From contig CAWGYD010000008.1 in assembly GCA_963826785.1 (NCBI GenBank), forward strand, positions 288,001-352,000: a stretch of 64,000 nucleotides of DNA, read 5' to 3'. Under the pieces are notes generated by a model, which saw only the letters and a list, made by a program, of their open reading frames with translations, did no database searches and was not told the origin of the DNA. Of this stretch, positions 19,781 through 29,204 are shown one piece after another (positions within the stretch are counted from its first letter, which is position 1; the number at the start of each line of letters is the position of its first letter). The translations under genes were made by a program, and so were the position numbers. This DNA comes from an uncultured delta proteobacterium. Its GTDB lineage: Bacteria > Desulfobacterota > Desulfobacteria > Desulfobacterales > Desulfosalsimonadaceae.

Positions 19781-20632
19781 CTACGCGATCAGGCGCTTGG
19801 ACCGCAGCAGGGGCCGGGGGTCGATGAGGTGGCGCCGGAACCATCCCCGGCCGCTTCCCACACCCATGGACAAAGACAGGATTTCTGAAAAATGCAGGAC
19901 CGGGACCTTGCCGGGAAGCGAACTGCGGATCTCCAGGTTGAGGTGGCACATGGCGCAGGCGGTGACGATGCACTCGGCTTTCACCTGGGCTGCGCCGTCC
20001 ATAATGCGCGTGACGGTGCCGGTGGCGATATCCGGCCGGGAAACGGACAGAAATGTGCCGCAGCAGCGGGATTTGTGGGACCAGGAAAGCGGCTCTGCCC
20101 CCAGAGACGAAAGCACTCTCTCCATGATTCCATGAAAGTTTCGTTCATGGCGCATGGCCGGTGGTCGATTGAGCATGCAGCCGTAATAGGGGACGAACTT
20201 CAGGCCGCTCAGCCGCTTGGGCGTATTTTCAAACAGGCCGTCTTCATCCATTTCCAGGAGCAGGTCAAAAAAATTGATCACCTGCAGATCAGACGGAAAC
20301 GGCTTTCCCCACAACGCGGCATATTCTTCCTGAAGAACCGGATCTTCCTTGATTTTCATATGGGTGCTTTTCAGCCGCAGATAGCAGCTCGGGCAGGCGG
20401 CCAGCAGGGGCCGGTCCGGCGGGGCCAAAAGAAGATTGCGCGACGGCAGGTGAATCCCGAGTTCGTGGTTGATGCTGTGGGCCGATGACGATCCGCAGCA
20501 GTTCCAGTCCCTGATCTCCACCAGTTCAATCCCGTAAAGCCGGCAGAACGTCAACAGCGAGTTGTTGTTTTCCTTGGCCGTGGTGGCCAGGGAACAGCCG
20601 GGAAAATAGGAGAAGGTTTTATGCTTCATCAT
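19781..20632 (-). CDS. hdrB: Heterodisulfide reductase subunit B-like (two CCG domains)
   Basis: YFPGCS, WNCCG, ACPSC, YYGC, CCG, TACAMC. Confidence 0.88.
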   Translation of the reverse strand: MMKHKTFSYFPGCSLATTAKENNNSLLTFCRLYGIELVEIRDWNCCGSSSAHSINHELGIHLPSRNLLLAPPDRPLLAACPSCYLRLKSTHMKIKEDPVLQEEYAALWGKPFPSDLQVINFFDLLLEMDEDGLFENTPKRLSGLKFVPYYGCMLNRPPAMRHERNFHGIMERVLSSLGAEPLSWSHKSRCCGTFLSVSRPDIATGTVTRIMDGAAQVKAECIVTACAMCHLNLEIRSSLPGKVPVLHFSEILSLSMGVGSGRGWFRRHLIDPRPLLRSKRLIA

Positions 20633-21213
20633 GTTTTCTTCCCCCCGGATTTAGCAAAGATGGCCCTGATGCTGCTCATTTTCTTCACCCGGGAAGGCAT
20701 CAGGTCGAGCTTGCGGTTCGAAAGCATGCGCAGTCCCAGGTTCATATCCGAAAACCAGTCTTTTTTGATCATTTTGTAGCGCAGCATGATTTCCAGTTTG
20801 TGCGTCCGGCCATGCCGGCGGATGGAGTTGACCACCTCCTGGTGGAACTTGAAGATGTCCGGCTGCCCGATGGCGGCTTTTTCCTCCAGGGCGATCGCCC
20901 GGATGGCATCCATGACTGCGGCCATATCGATGGCCTGGGGGCATTCAACGGAACAGGTATTGCACCCCACGCAGATCCATGCGGCCGAGCATTCAATCGC
21001 CTTTTTCTTCATCCCCAGCTGCACCAGCCGGAGCACCTGATTGGGCAGGTAATCCATGGAATCCGCAAACGGGCACCCATTGCTGCACCCCCTGCAATGC
21101 CAGCACAAACTGACGTTTTCGCCGGACCGGCGGGCCACATCCGCCAAAAAACCGGATTCCAGCTTGTCAAAATTGACGGTATCCTGCGACATTTTCCAGG
21201 CAGACTGCAGCAT
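20629..21213 (-). CDS. hdrC: Heterodisulfide reductase subunit C-like 2x[4Fe-4S] protein
   Basis: CWHCRGCSNGCP, CVGCNTCSVECP. Confidence 0.88.
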   Translation of the reverse strand: MLQSAWKMSQDTVNFDKLESGFLADVARRSGENVSLCWHCRGCSNGCPFADSMDYLPNQVLRLVQLGMKKKAIECSAAWICVGCNTCSVECPQAIDMAAVMDAIRAIALEEKAAIGQPDIFKFHQEVVNSIRRHGRTHKLEIMLRYKMIKKDWFSDMNLGLRMLSNRKLDLMPSRVKKMSSIRAIFAKSGGKKT

Positions 21214-21291
21214 CGCCTACTCCATGCGTAAACGTTATCGAAGACTTTTCTTTACAAAAATGAAACCATTAGATCAAGTGGATGCTTTCGA

Positions 21292-21612
21292 TCAGATCGG
21301 CGGGGCAATGGTCACCAGCACCCGCATATCGGTTTTTGCCCGGATGCCGTGGGGTTCGCTGATATCTGAGATCAACACGTCCCCGGGACCGGCCGGAAAA
21401 GTGGCCCCGTCCCCGCCCAGAAACTCGCCCGTCCCCTCGAGCACCGCGATGCTGGCCTGCCCTTCGATGTCATGCGAGTGAATCGGCAGTTCCTGGCCGG
21501 CCTTGAAATTGAAATTGATAATTTTAAAATAGGGGGAATCATGGACCAGGAAGTTGGTCATTTTCTTTTCCGAAAACCCGTTTTCCTCAAACATGGCAAT
21601 TTTTTTGATCAT
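21292..21612 (-). CDS. Cupin domain protein
   Basis: ELPIHSH..VLEGTG..EPHGIRA; start MIKKIAM after GGAGG. Confidence 0.8.
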   Translation of the reverse strand: MIKKIAMFEENGFSEKKMTNFLVHDSPYFKIINFNFKAGQELPIHSHDIEGQASIAVLEGTGEFLGGDGATFPAGPGDVLISDISEPHGIRAKTDMRVLVTIAPPI

Positions 21613-21755
21613 TGGGGTACCTCCTGATTTCTTTGTCAGCCGGCCTTTTGTTCCAAGCCGGCATTCTAAAGTTAGATGAAGCTGCGGCACTCCGATGAAA
21701 GCCGGAGTCTATAGCCAGCTGCTGAGTTCATGTCCACTAGTTCATGATAGATTTC

Positions 21756-21827
21756 TGTTTTCGCCGGCCCGACACCCCCCTTCGCCCCCCTCGAGGGGGG
21801 GAATAAAAAGGGGGGGTGCCCTTCGCG
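21756..21827. repeat. Copy of the G-rich REP-like family seen at 10381
   Basis: CCGACACCCCCCTTCGCCCCCCTC(A/G)AGGGGGG shared with 10391-10422. Confidence 0.75.
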
Positions 21828-22037
21828 ACTAAAAAGTTCATTCAGTAAAAACAATGCATTGGGGTATGATGAATGCGTTTTCCGGGTTCATCAAGTTTAT
21901 TTCCTCCCCAGAAATGGTAGTTTTTGGCTCAGGCCAAAAGCGCCTCGATTCTGAAACCGGAGGCGCAGTCGTCTACGTCAAGGGTTTCAGAATCGCGAGA
22001 ACGCCGGCCTGGGCCAAAAGATGCCGTTTCTGCGCCA

Positions 22038-23666
22038 TTACGCGCACAGGATGGCGTCCAGGTCCTCCTGCGGTGTGCTGATGGGCATGATATTGAATTT
22101 CTCCACCAGGATGTTGAGCACGTTGGGGGAGACAAACGCCGGCAGACTCGGCCCCAGGCGGATATCCTTGATCCCCAGGTAGAGCAGGGTCAGCAGGATG
22201 GCCACCGCCTTCTGCTCATACCAGGACAGCACCATGGAGAGCGGCAGATCGTTGACCCCCACGCCGAAGGCATCGGCCAGGGCTCCGGCGATCTTAATGG
22301 CCGAATAGGCATCGTTGCACTGCCCCACATCCAAAAGCCGCGGAATACCGCCGATATCCCCCAGCTTCTTATCGAAAAACCGGAACTTGCCGCAGGCCAG
22401 GGTCAGGACCACGCAGTCCTCGGGTACTTTTTCCACAAATTCCGTGTAATAGTTGCGGCCCGGCTTGGCGCCGTCGCATCCGGCCACCAGGAAGAAATGC
22501 CGGATGTCCTTGTTTTTCACCGCCGAAATCACCTTGTCGGCCACGCTCATCACCGCGTTTCGGGCAAATCCCACCGTCACGCTGCCCTTGTCCACATCTT
22601 CTTCGAATCCGGTCATGGAAAGCGCCCTTTCGATCACCGGGGTAAAATCCTTGTCCGCGATGTGGGTGACCCCGGGCCAGCCCACCAGGCCGGTGGTGAA
22701 GATGTTGCCCTTGTAGATTTCCTTCGGGTTCTGGATACAGTTGGTGGTCATGAGGATGGCGCCCGGGAATTCGGCGAACTCCCGTTTCTGATTCTGCCAG
22801 GCGCTGCCGTAATGCCCATAGAAGTGCGAATACTTTTTGAGTTCCGGGTACCCGTGGCAGGGGAGCATCTCACCGTGGGTGTACACATAGATCCCCTTGC
22901 CTTCGCTCTGCTTCAAAATGGCTTCCAGGTCGCCCAGGTCATGCCCGGATACCAGGATGGCCTTTCCCTTTTTGGCGCCCAGGGGGACCTGTGTCGGTAC
23001 GGGATGACCATAAGCGCCCGTGTTGGCCGCATCCAGCAATTCCATGGCCCGCAAGTTGATCTCGCCGCACTTGAGCACCAGGCCCAGCAGATCGTCTGCG
23101 GATTTGTCGTTGTCCAGGGTGGCGGCCAGCCCCTCGTAAATGAAATCAAAAACCTTGTTGTCGGTCTGACCCAGAATGGCGGCATGATCCGCATAAGCGG
23201 CAACGCCCTTGATGCCGTAGGTCAGGATTTCCCGCAGCGAGGTGATATCCTCATTGTCCGAAAAAGTCTTCACCCCGACCTTCTGCCCCTCGGCCACCAG
23301 TTCCCCGCGGCTCCGGGGAGGATCATAGATGGCCGGTCCGGCTGAAAAATCGGTCCACCCGCCGGCGGCATCCACCTTGCGCTTCAACGCTTCCCGCTTT
23401 TCAGCGGTTTTGTGTATCAGCGTCACAAAACGCTCCGGATCGAAATCCACATTGGTCAGCGTCGAAAACATCGCCTCGCACGTAAAGCGGTCAGTCCGTT
23501 CATCCCGCACATTGACCTTGGCCGCTTCAACGGCAATCTGGGAAAGCCCCTTTAGCATATAGACCAGAAGGTCCTGGAGTTCAGCCACTTCGGACTGTTT
23601 GCCGCATACGCCGATCTGGGTGCATCCTTCGCCTTTGGCCGTCTGTTCACATTGAAAACAAAACAT
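22038..23666 (-). CDS. hcp: Hybrid cluster protein (hydroxylamine/NO reductase)
   Basis: MFCFQCEQT..C..GVCGK, GHDL, HGEMLP, TTNC, GCDG, GQCND, SWYEQKA. Confidence 0.97.
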   Translation of the reverse strand: MFCFQCEQTAKGEGCTQIGVCGKQSEVAELQDLLVYMLKGLSQIAVEAAKVNVRDERTDRFTCEAMFSTLTNVDFDPERFVTLIHKTAEKREALKRKVDAAGGWTDFSAGPAIYDPPRSRGELVAEGQKVGVKTFSDNEDITSLREILTYGIKGVAAYADHAAILGQTDNKVFDFIYEGLAATLDNDKSADDLLGLVLKCGEINLRAMELLDAANTGAYGHPVPTQVPLGAKKGKAILVSGHDLGDLEAILKQSEGKGIYVYTHGEMLPCHGYPELKKYSHFYGHYGSAWQNQKREFAEFPGAILMTTNCIQNPKEIYKGNIFTTGLVGWPGVTHIADKDFTPVIERALSMTGFEEDVDKGSVTVGFARNAVMSVADKVISAVKNKDIRHFFLVAGCDGAKPGRNYYTEFVEKVPEDCVVLTLACGKFRFFDKKLGDIGGIPRLLDVGQCNDAYSAIKIAGALADAFGVGVNDLPLSMVLSWYEQKAVAILLTLLYLGIKDIRLGPSLPAFVSPNVLNILVEKFNIMPISTPQEDLDAILCA

Positions 23667-23759
23667 CTTTTTGCCTCCTTTTTTAGGTTGGGGTTTGATC
23701 GTTTAAAAATTCTTTTCGTTGTTTTGATTTCCAAATTACCCCAAAACCGGAACGGCATC

Positions 23760-23775
23760 CTTGACTTAGGTCAAG
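23760..23775. promoter_or_regulatory. HcpR/Crp-Fnr-type box TTGAC-N4-GTCAA upstream of hcp
   Basis: CTTGACTTAGGTCAAG. Confidence 0.8.
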
Positions 23776-24040
23776 CCGCACTGCTTTTTTTTAAATAATT
23801 TCTTTTGAGCGTAAATCTGTTGCTTCAAAAACACCGCACGGCGGGCACACAATGCGTTTTAAGCGTTCATTACCATTCAAGATATTAAGATCTTATTGGA
23901 TTTTTTCAAGGCCACCCGGATTTCCGGCAAAACAGAGCGAAATGAAGCGGTGGACACCAGAAGCGCGGCCCCTATGATTTCTCAAGGGACCGCTGAATTT
24001 TTCCGCGCATACAGGCAAGAAGGGGTAAATGGGAAAAACA

Positions 24041-24670
24041 TCATGTCCAGAAGCAATGCCGATCCGGCATCTGCGCGGCCATTTCGCCGGACAGACGGAC
24101 GATCTGCCGGTAGTCGGCAGGGGTGTCCATGTCATGGACCACGCCGGGATCCCGGGTCGTCAAGTAAAATACCCGGTTACGATGCCGGGCGATAATCCGG
24201 TTCAAGGAAACCCCCTGGGAAACGGGTTTGCAGATATCGACCGGAAACAGGGCGGGATGACCGTTTTTAAAATCAAAAGTGGGAATGATGATCTTGTCCG
24301 GAAAGCGATGATGCAGCTCGACCAGTTTCGCATATGTATCCGCGGTCACCAGGGGATGGTCGCACGGGCAGATGATCACCCCGGTTGCATAGCCGGGCAT
24401 GGCGGCAAGCCCGATGGCGGCAGAGCCGGCCATGTCGCTTTCAGCATCATCGTTTACCGCCATGCAGATCCGGTAGCCGGAAAGGGCTGCGGCCACCCGA
24501 AAGCGTTCATGGCCGAGCACCGCCACGATATCATCGATTCCCGCTTCCATCATATGGTCAATGCAGTATGCCGCCGCCGGCTTTCCCTGAACCGGGAGCA
24601 GCTGCTTAATTTCGTTCATCCGTGTTGATCTGCCTGCTGCCAGCAGCACGGCACCCACTGTCGTGGACAT
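24041..24670 (-). CDS. mocA: Molybdenum cofactor cytidylyltransferase-like nucleotidyltransferase
   Basis: LLAAGRSTRM..KQLL, PCDHP, GHP, DMDTPADY. Confidence 0.8.
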   Translation of the reverse strand: MSTTVGAVLLAAGRSTRMNEIKQLLPVQGKPAAAYCIDHMMEAGIDDIVAVLGHERFRVAAALSGYRICMAVNDDAESDMAGSAAIGLAAMPGYATGVIICPCDHPLVTADTYAKLVELHHRFPDKIIIPTFDFKNGHPALFPVDICKPVSQGVSLNRIIARHRNRVFYLTTRDPGVVHDMDTPADYRQIVRLSGEMAAQMPDRHCFWT

Positions 24671-25445
24671 GCTTCCTCCTTTTCTGAACCAGCTGAGCCG
24701 CAATGCTCAGCGCAATTTCGGTTGGTGTGACCGCTCCGATATCCAGCCCCACGGGTGTATGGACCCGCACAAGCTGATCTTCGGCAATGCCGTCGGCGAT
24801 CAGATTTTCAAAAAAACGGGCCTTTTTCTTCCGGCTTCCCAGCAGCCCGATATAGGGGGCCGGTGTTTTCAAGGCATTCAGGACCACCCCGTAATCGTGT
24901 TCGTGGCCCCGGGTGGCGCATACGATAAATGTATTCTCATCCACAGGAACCGACTTAAACAGGATATCAAAGGGAACGGTTATCACATCGGACGCCTCCG
25001 GCAGCCGTTCCTTGGCGGCATATTCCGCCCGGTCATCTGCCGCGGTCACGCAAAAGCCGCAAAAAGCGGCGGCGGTGCACAGGGCCTGGCCCACGTGCCC
25101 CGCACCGGCGATGATCAGCTTTGGCGGGGCCAGCACGGGTTCAACATAGATTGTCACCCGTCCGCCGCAGACATATCCGGATTCGGGGGTCAGGCGGATA
25201 GAGAACGTGGAAGCGGAGCCGCTGCTGATCGCGCGAAGGCTCTGGGCCATGACCGCCTGCTCGATGCGGCCGCCGCCCACGGTGCCCACGGGATCGCCCC
25301 TCCGGCGCACCAGCATCTTGGCCCCGACTCCCGCCGGAGTCGATCCCTGGGCCTCCACCACAATGGCCAGTGCGCAGGGCTCCCCATTTTTCCGGCAGGC
25401 CACCAGCGTTTCAAATACCTGTGCGTGCGAATTTTTCGGCTCCAT
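24606..25445 (-). CDS. xdhC: XdhC/CoxI molybdoenzyme maturation factor
   Basis: GSTP..GAKMLV, GTVGGG, CGG, GAGHVG, YIGLLGS, PVGLDIGA. Confidence 0.9.
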   Translation of the reverse strand: MEPKNSHAQVFETLVACRKNGEPCALAIVVEAQGSTPAGVGAKMLVRRRGDPVGTVGGGRIEQAVMAQSLRAISSGSASTFSIRLTPESGYVCGGRVTIYVEPVLAPPKLIIAGAGHVGQALCTAAAFCGFCVTAADDRAEYAAKERLPEASDVITVPFDILFKSVPVDENTFIVCATRGHEHDYGVVLNALKTPAPYIGLLGSRKKKARFFENLIADGIAEDQLVRVHTPVGLDIGAVTPTEIALSIAAQLVQKRRKHVHDSGCRAAGSRQINTDERN

Positions 25446-25606
25446 GCAAACACATTCTCCGTCTCGATGAATTCTTCCCGGCTTCCTCAGAAGGTATTTA
25501 TTTCTAAAACGGCCCCCGTTGAATGTGTATACCTGATATCCTGTAAATCGGTGGGGGCGCTCCCCCATATTCAAACCGAAAACGGCCGTCGAACCGGAAA
25601 GGACGA

Positions 25607-25647
25607 AAAAAACCGCGAACCGGACACTTTCCGATTCGCGGTTTTTA
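25607..25647 (-). terminator. Intrinsic terminator downstream of the octaheme gene
   Basis: AAAAACCGCGAA..CGGA / TCCG..TTCGCGGTTTTT hairpin with A/T tails. Confidence 0.65.
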
Positions 25648-25668
25648 AAAGAAATCTCGCGGGCGCCC

Positions 25669-27078
25669 CTATTCAGGCGGATGGTCCGCTTTTTCAAAAA
25701 TCGCCGGCGGCTTTTCGGTGGACCCGGTGGCATTCGGGTAATCCGGATACCGGTATGCCTTCTGGCCGCTGTTGATCAGTTCTTCGGAAGCATGCATGAA
25801 CCGGTTGTAGCGCTTCTTGCACTCGTAAAATCCATGCCACCACGCATAATCCGGCGCCATCATGGCCGTACCCATGCGCGCCCGCCGTCCTTCATGGTGC
25901 CAGAGTTCATAAAACTCCACCTCCAGATCCTCGTCGAAATAGCGGCTCTTGTCGAGCAGGCCCCGGGCATACAGATCGTCCAGGCGTTTTCTTGCCGGCT
26001 GATAATACACCGTATTGTATTCTTCGACGACGTTGTCGAGCTTGGTGTAATGGTCTTTCACCCACTTTTCACTGTGGCACTGCCGGCAGACGGCCTGCAT
26101 TTTGTCCCGTTCCACCGACCAGTTGGTCTTTGCGGGGAATGCCTTGAAATCGGCCGGGCGAACGGTCAGGGGCGCCTGGGTTTCCCAGGAGAGCCGCTCG
26201 GTCACATCATGGGTGGTGGAGACCGTCCCCGATCCGGACATGTGGCACACCGCACAGGTGGGACCCCGGAAATCCACCCCCGCCGACCAGGTGCCCGGGG
26301 CTGAGGTCCAGTTGTAGTTGTCGCCGAATGCCGTGTAGATATCGCCGTGCTTGGATTCCATGTAGATTTCGATCTGGGGATGGTCCGGTCCCAGGTGGCA
26401 CTGACCGCAGGCTTCCGGCTTGCGGGCCTCCATGATGGAAAACCGGTGGCGGGTATGGCAGCTGGAACACGATCCCTTGCTGCCGTCGAGATTGACCCGC
26501 CCCACCCCCACATTGGGCCAGGTATCGGAGGCGATTTCGCCGTCTTTCGTCTGAATGACCGACCCGTGGCAGTAATAGCACCCCGATTGGCGCTCCACCG
26601 CGCTGTTCATGCCGTCATTGAGCCAGGGATCGATCTTCCAGATGATCTCAAGGGTATTGGCATGCTTGCTCCTTTGAAACTGCGTCGCCTCATCGGGATG
26701 GCATCTGGAGCAGTCCTTGGGGGTGACCACCCCGGACACCGGCACCCGGTATTTTTCCACACCCCAGGGGGAATCGGATTTCCGGTACTGCTGATAGTGC
26801 GCTTTGCTCACATCCGGATCATGTTCCTCGGCCTGATGACAATCGATGCAGGTGATGTTGGCGGACGCATGCCGGCTGTTGGCCCAGTCCGCGTAGATCC
26901 CCGGATGGCTCTGCTTGTGGCACTGGATACAGGCGACCCCCGCCTCGGAAATGCTTCTTTCCAGCCGGAATTCTTTTGTTTTGGACATGTCCGAATTGTT
27001 TTCGGCGCAGATGCCGGAAACGGGCGTTTCAAGGCAAAAAGCGCCGGTCAGCAGAATCAGCAGCAACGATATTTTCAT
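25669..27078 (-). CDS. Periplasmic octaheme cytochrome c of the HAO family (epsilon-Hao-like)
   Basis: Signal peptide; 8 CxxCH motifs; CHLGPDHPQIEIY; MAPDYAWWHG. Confidence 0.88.
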   Translation of the reverse strand: MKISLLLILLTGAFCLETPVSGICAENNSDMSKTKEFRLERSISEAGVACIQCHKQSHPGIYADWANSRHASANITCIDCHQAEEHDPDVSKAHYQQYRKSDSPWGVEKYRVPVSGVVTPKDCSRCHPDEATQFQRSKHANTLEIIWKIDPWLNDGMNSAVERQSGCYYCHGSVIQTKDGEIASDTWPNVGVGRVNLDGSKGSCSSCHTRHRFSIMEARKPEACGQCHLGPDHPQIEIYMESKHGDIYTAFGDNYNWTSAPGTWSAGVDFRGPTCAVCHMSGSGTVSTTHDVTERLSWETQAPLTVRPADFKAFPAKTNWSVERDKMQAVCRQCHSEKWVKDHYTKLDNVVEEYNTVYYQPARKRLDDLYARGLLDKSRYFDEDLEVEFYELWHHEGRRARMGTAMMAPDYAWWHGFYECKKRYNRFMHASEELINSGQKAYRYPDYPNATGSTEKPPAIFEKADHPPE

Positions 27079-27095
27079 GCCGATCTTCCCTCCTT

Positions 27096-27629
27096 CTAAA
27101 ATGATTGATATTGCTTGTACCGGTAGATGGCGGTCGGGTTGTGCACCAGGTCCCGGTGGCAGTCCACGCACCTTTTTTCCTGTCCGGGCAGGGCATAGAC
27201 CACGGAGCGGTGGGCCAGCATGGCCCCCCGTTTGTCCGGGATATAAAGAATGTTCCGGTGGCATTTCCGGCACTGTTCGTTTTTGAATGACGCATAGGCT
27301 TTTTCACGATTTTCGGCGTGGTCGTATTCATCCATGGTGAAATGGGCGATGACGTCCTTTATGCCGTGCAGGGTCTTGGTATAGAAGAAATTCACGGTGT
27401 CATGCGGGGCGGGCAGGTGGCAGTCCATGCAGTCGGCCACAAATCCCTGGGCGTTGTTGACGTGGGTCGACGTCTTCCAGGTATTGTAGGCGAACTCGAT
27501 TTCATGGCAGGAGGAGCAGAATCCCGGGGTGGACGTACGGACCATGGTGTAATAGGTCATGGAAAACACCGGAAACCCGATCAATATGCCGATGATGATC
27601 AGAAGTGCGCTTCTGGTGAATCTGTTCAT
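27096..27629 (-). CDS. NapC/NrfH-family membrane tetraheme cytochrome c
   Basis: N-terminal TM, TSTPGFCSSCH, CMDCH, CRKCH, CVDCH. Confidence 0.9.
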   Translation of the reverse strand: MNRFTRSALLIIIGILIGFPVFSMTYYTMVRTSTPGFCSSCHEIEFAYNTWKTSTHVNNAQGFVADCMDCHLPAPHDTVNFFYTKTLHGIKDVIAHFTMDEYDHAENREKAYASFKNEQCRKCHRNILYIPDKRGAMLAHRSVVYALPGQEKRCVDCHRDLVHNPTAIYRYKQYQSF

Positions 27630-27650
27630 ATGCCTCCATCGGTTTTTAAG

Positions 27651-27728
27651 TCGTGGCCGAACGAAAACCCGGATATTTGTTCAAGATCGCAGATATTGGG
27701 CAAATAGACGGTTTTCGTTCAGCCACGA
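27651..27728. mobile_element. Short MITE-like element, an internally deleted copy of 57533-57670
   Basis: TCGTGGCCGAACGAAAACC / GGTTTTCGTTCAGCCACGA, 18 of 19 inverted repeat. Confidence 0.65.
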
Positions 27729-27872
27729 AAGTATCACCTGTTCATTATTATATCCAGGATCGAGATAGATGCAAATCGGCACCCGCTATGCGTCCGGTAA
27801 AGATCAGGCATCAGCCGGTATATTTTACATGGGACATTAAAAAGATTATGGTTTGGATAAAGCAGGCGGTCA

Positions 27873-27886
27873 TTGACCTATATCAA
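27873..27886. promoter_or_regulatory. Crp/Fnr (HcpR-like) box upstream of usp-hemerythrin
   Basis: TTGACCTATATCAA. Confidence 0.55.
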
Positions 27887-27921
27887 TTTCATCGATTTTC
27901 AAGAACCGGCAAGGAGGCGGC

Positions 27922-28386
27922 ATGCAGATCCAGAAAATTTTATGGCCCACTGATTTTTCCGAAAATGCACAGAGAGCGCTGCCATACGTCACTTCCCTTT
28001 CCCAGGTGTATCAGGCGGAAATCCACATTCTTTATGTGCTCAAGGAGTACCTGGAATTCGGGGCCGCCTACGGGGATTACGACCCTTCGGATTATGACAA
28101 GATGAAGCAGTGGGAAAAAGATATGGCTGAAAAACGGCTGGACGAGATCTGCAGCCGGTTTCTGGACAGCTGCCCCCTTTACGTCCGGCATCTCGGGGTG
28201 GGGAATCCGGGCAAAGTGATCATAGAGACCATCGAAAATGAGCGGATCGACCTGGTGGTCATGGCCGGAAAAGGAACCGAAGACCACTTCCAGGTGGGCA
28301 GCGTGGTGGACCGGGTGATGCGGTGTGGGGCCGCCCCCCTGCTGGTCGTGCCGGTGCCGCCGGCCTGCGTATCCGCTGCATCATAA
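27922..28386 (+). CDS. Universal stress protein
   Basis: KILWPTDFSE, IDLVVMAG..G, GSVVDRV, PLLVVP. Confidence 0.9.
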   Translation: MQIQKILWPTDFSENAQRALPYVTSLSQVYQAEIHILYVLKEYLEFGAAYGDYDPSDYDKMKQWEKDMAEKRLDEICSRFLDSCPLYVRHLGVGNPGKVIIETIENERIDLVVMAGKGTEDHFQVGSVVDRVMRCGAAPLLVVPVPPACVSAAS

Positions 28387-28404
28387 CCGGAAAGGATTTC
28401 AACC

Positions 28405-28953
28405 ATGCGCGCGACCCGAACACTCAATGAAGAACACAACATCATATTGAAAGCAGCGGAAATTTTCGAGCGGCTGCACCACCGCATCCAGAAAAACGGG
28501 GATCTGGACAGATCGGCGCTGACAAAACTCATCGAGTTTGACCGGGAGTTTTCCATCCGCTGCCACCACGAAAAGGAAGAACGGTATCTGTTTCCCAGGC
28601 TCAGGGAATACGGTGTTCCGGATCATCAGGGGCTCATCAGTGAACTGCTGCTGGAACATGAACAGTTCCGGCAGATGATGATCGACCTTTCGGTCATCAT
28701 CAAAACGGAAAAGCCCCTCCCCCCTTCCGCGCTGGATGAGGCGGACCGCCTGATCGGTTCTTTTGTCAGCCTCATTCGTGAGCACATCGACGAAGAAGAC
28801 CACATCCTCTTTCCGGCAGCCGACCAGATCCTCATCCCGGCCCACCAGGATTTCCTGTCCGAAGCATTTGAGCGCTTCGAAATCGAAGAGACCGGCGCAG
28901 GCGTTCACGAAAAATATCACGGGATGATCAAAGAACTGGATGCATCGGTATAA
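28405..28953 (+). CDS. Hemerythrin-domain protein
   Basis: EEH, HHEKEE..LFP, EH, HIDEED..LFP. Confidence 0.88.
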   Translation: MRATRTLNEEHNIILKAAEIFERLHHRIQKNGDLDRSALTKLIEFDREFSIRCHHEKEERYLFPRLREYGVPDHQGLISELLLEHEQFRQMMIDLSVIIKTEKPLPPSALDEADRLIGSFVSLIREHIDEEDHILFPAADQILIPAHQDFLSEAFERFEIEETGAGVHEKYHGMIKELDASV

Positions 28954-28992
28954 GAAAAATCGGGGAGGGAGAATTCGTAAAAAAAAATCTGC

Positions 28993-29180
28993 TTATCCAT
29001 GAAACTCCAGCAGCGTTTTTGGCTATTATTTTCTCCTCCCTTTCCTCAAAAGGGGGGCCGGGGGGGATTTAATTTCGGCGCGTCAACATCTCTTGAAATC
29101 CCCCTAAATCCCCCTTTTAAAAGGGGGACTTTTGTGCCCCGATTTCAAAGAGAATATAATTACCAATTTACTGGAGTTAA
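28993..29180. mobile_element. MITE-like element of the 19578 family
   Basis: AACTCCAG...CTGGAGTT ends; internal AAATCCCCCTAAATCCCCCTTTTAAAAGGGGGACTT. Confidence 0.55.
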
Positions 29181-29204
29181 CAGACATGAACCTGACGATT
29201 TAAC

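Noticed and set aside
21924..23345. Long antisense ORFs (e.g. 473 aa opposite hcp, 440 aa opposite typA, 425 aa opposite hsdR)
   Set aside because: Shadow ORFs expected from high-GC codon bias, with no recognisable motifs
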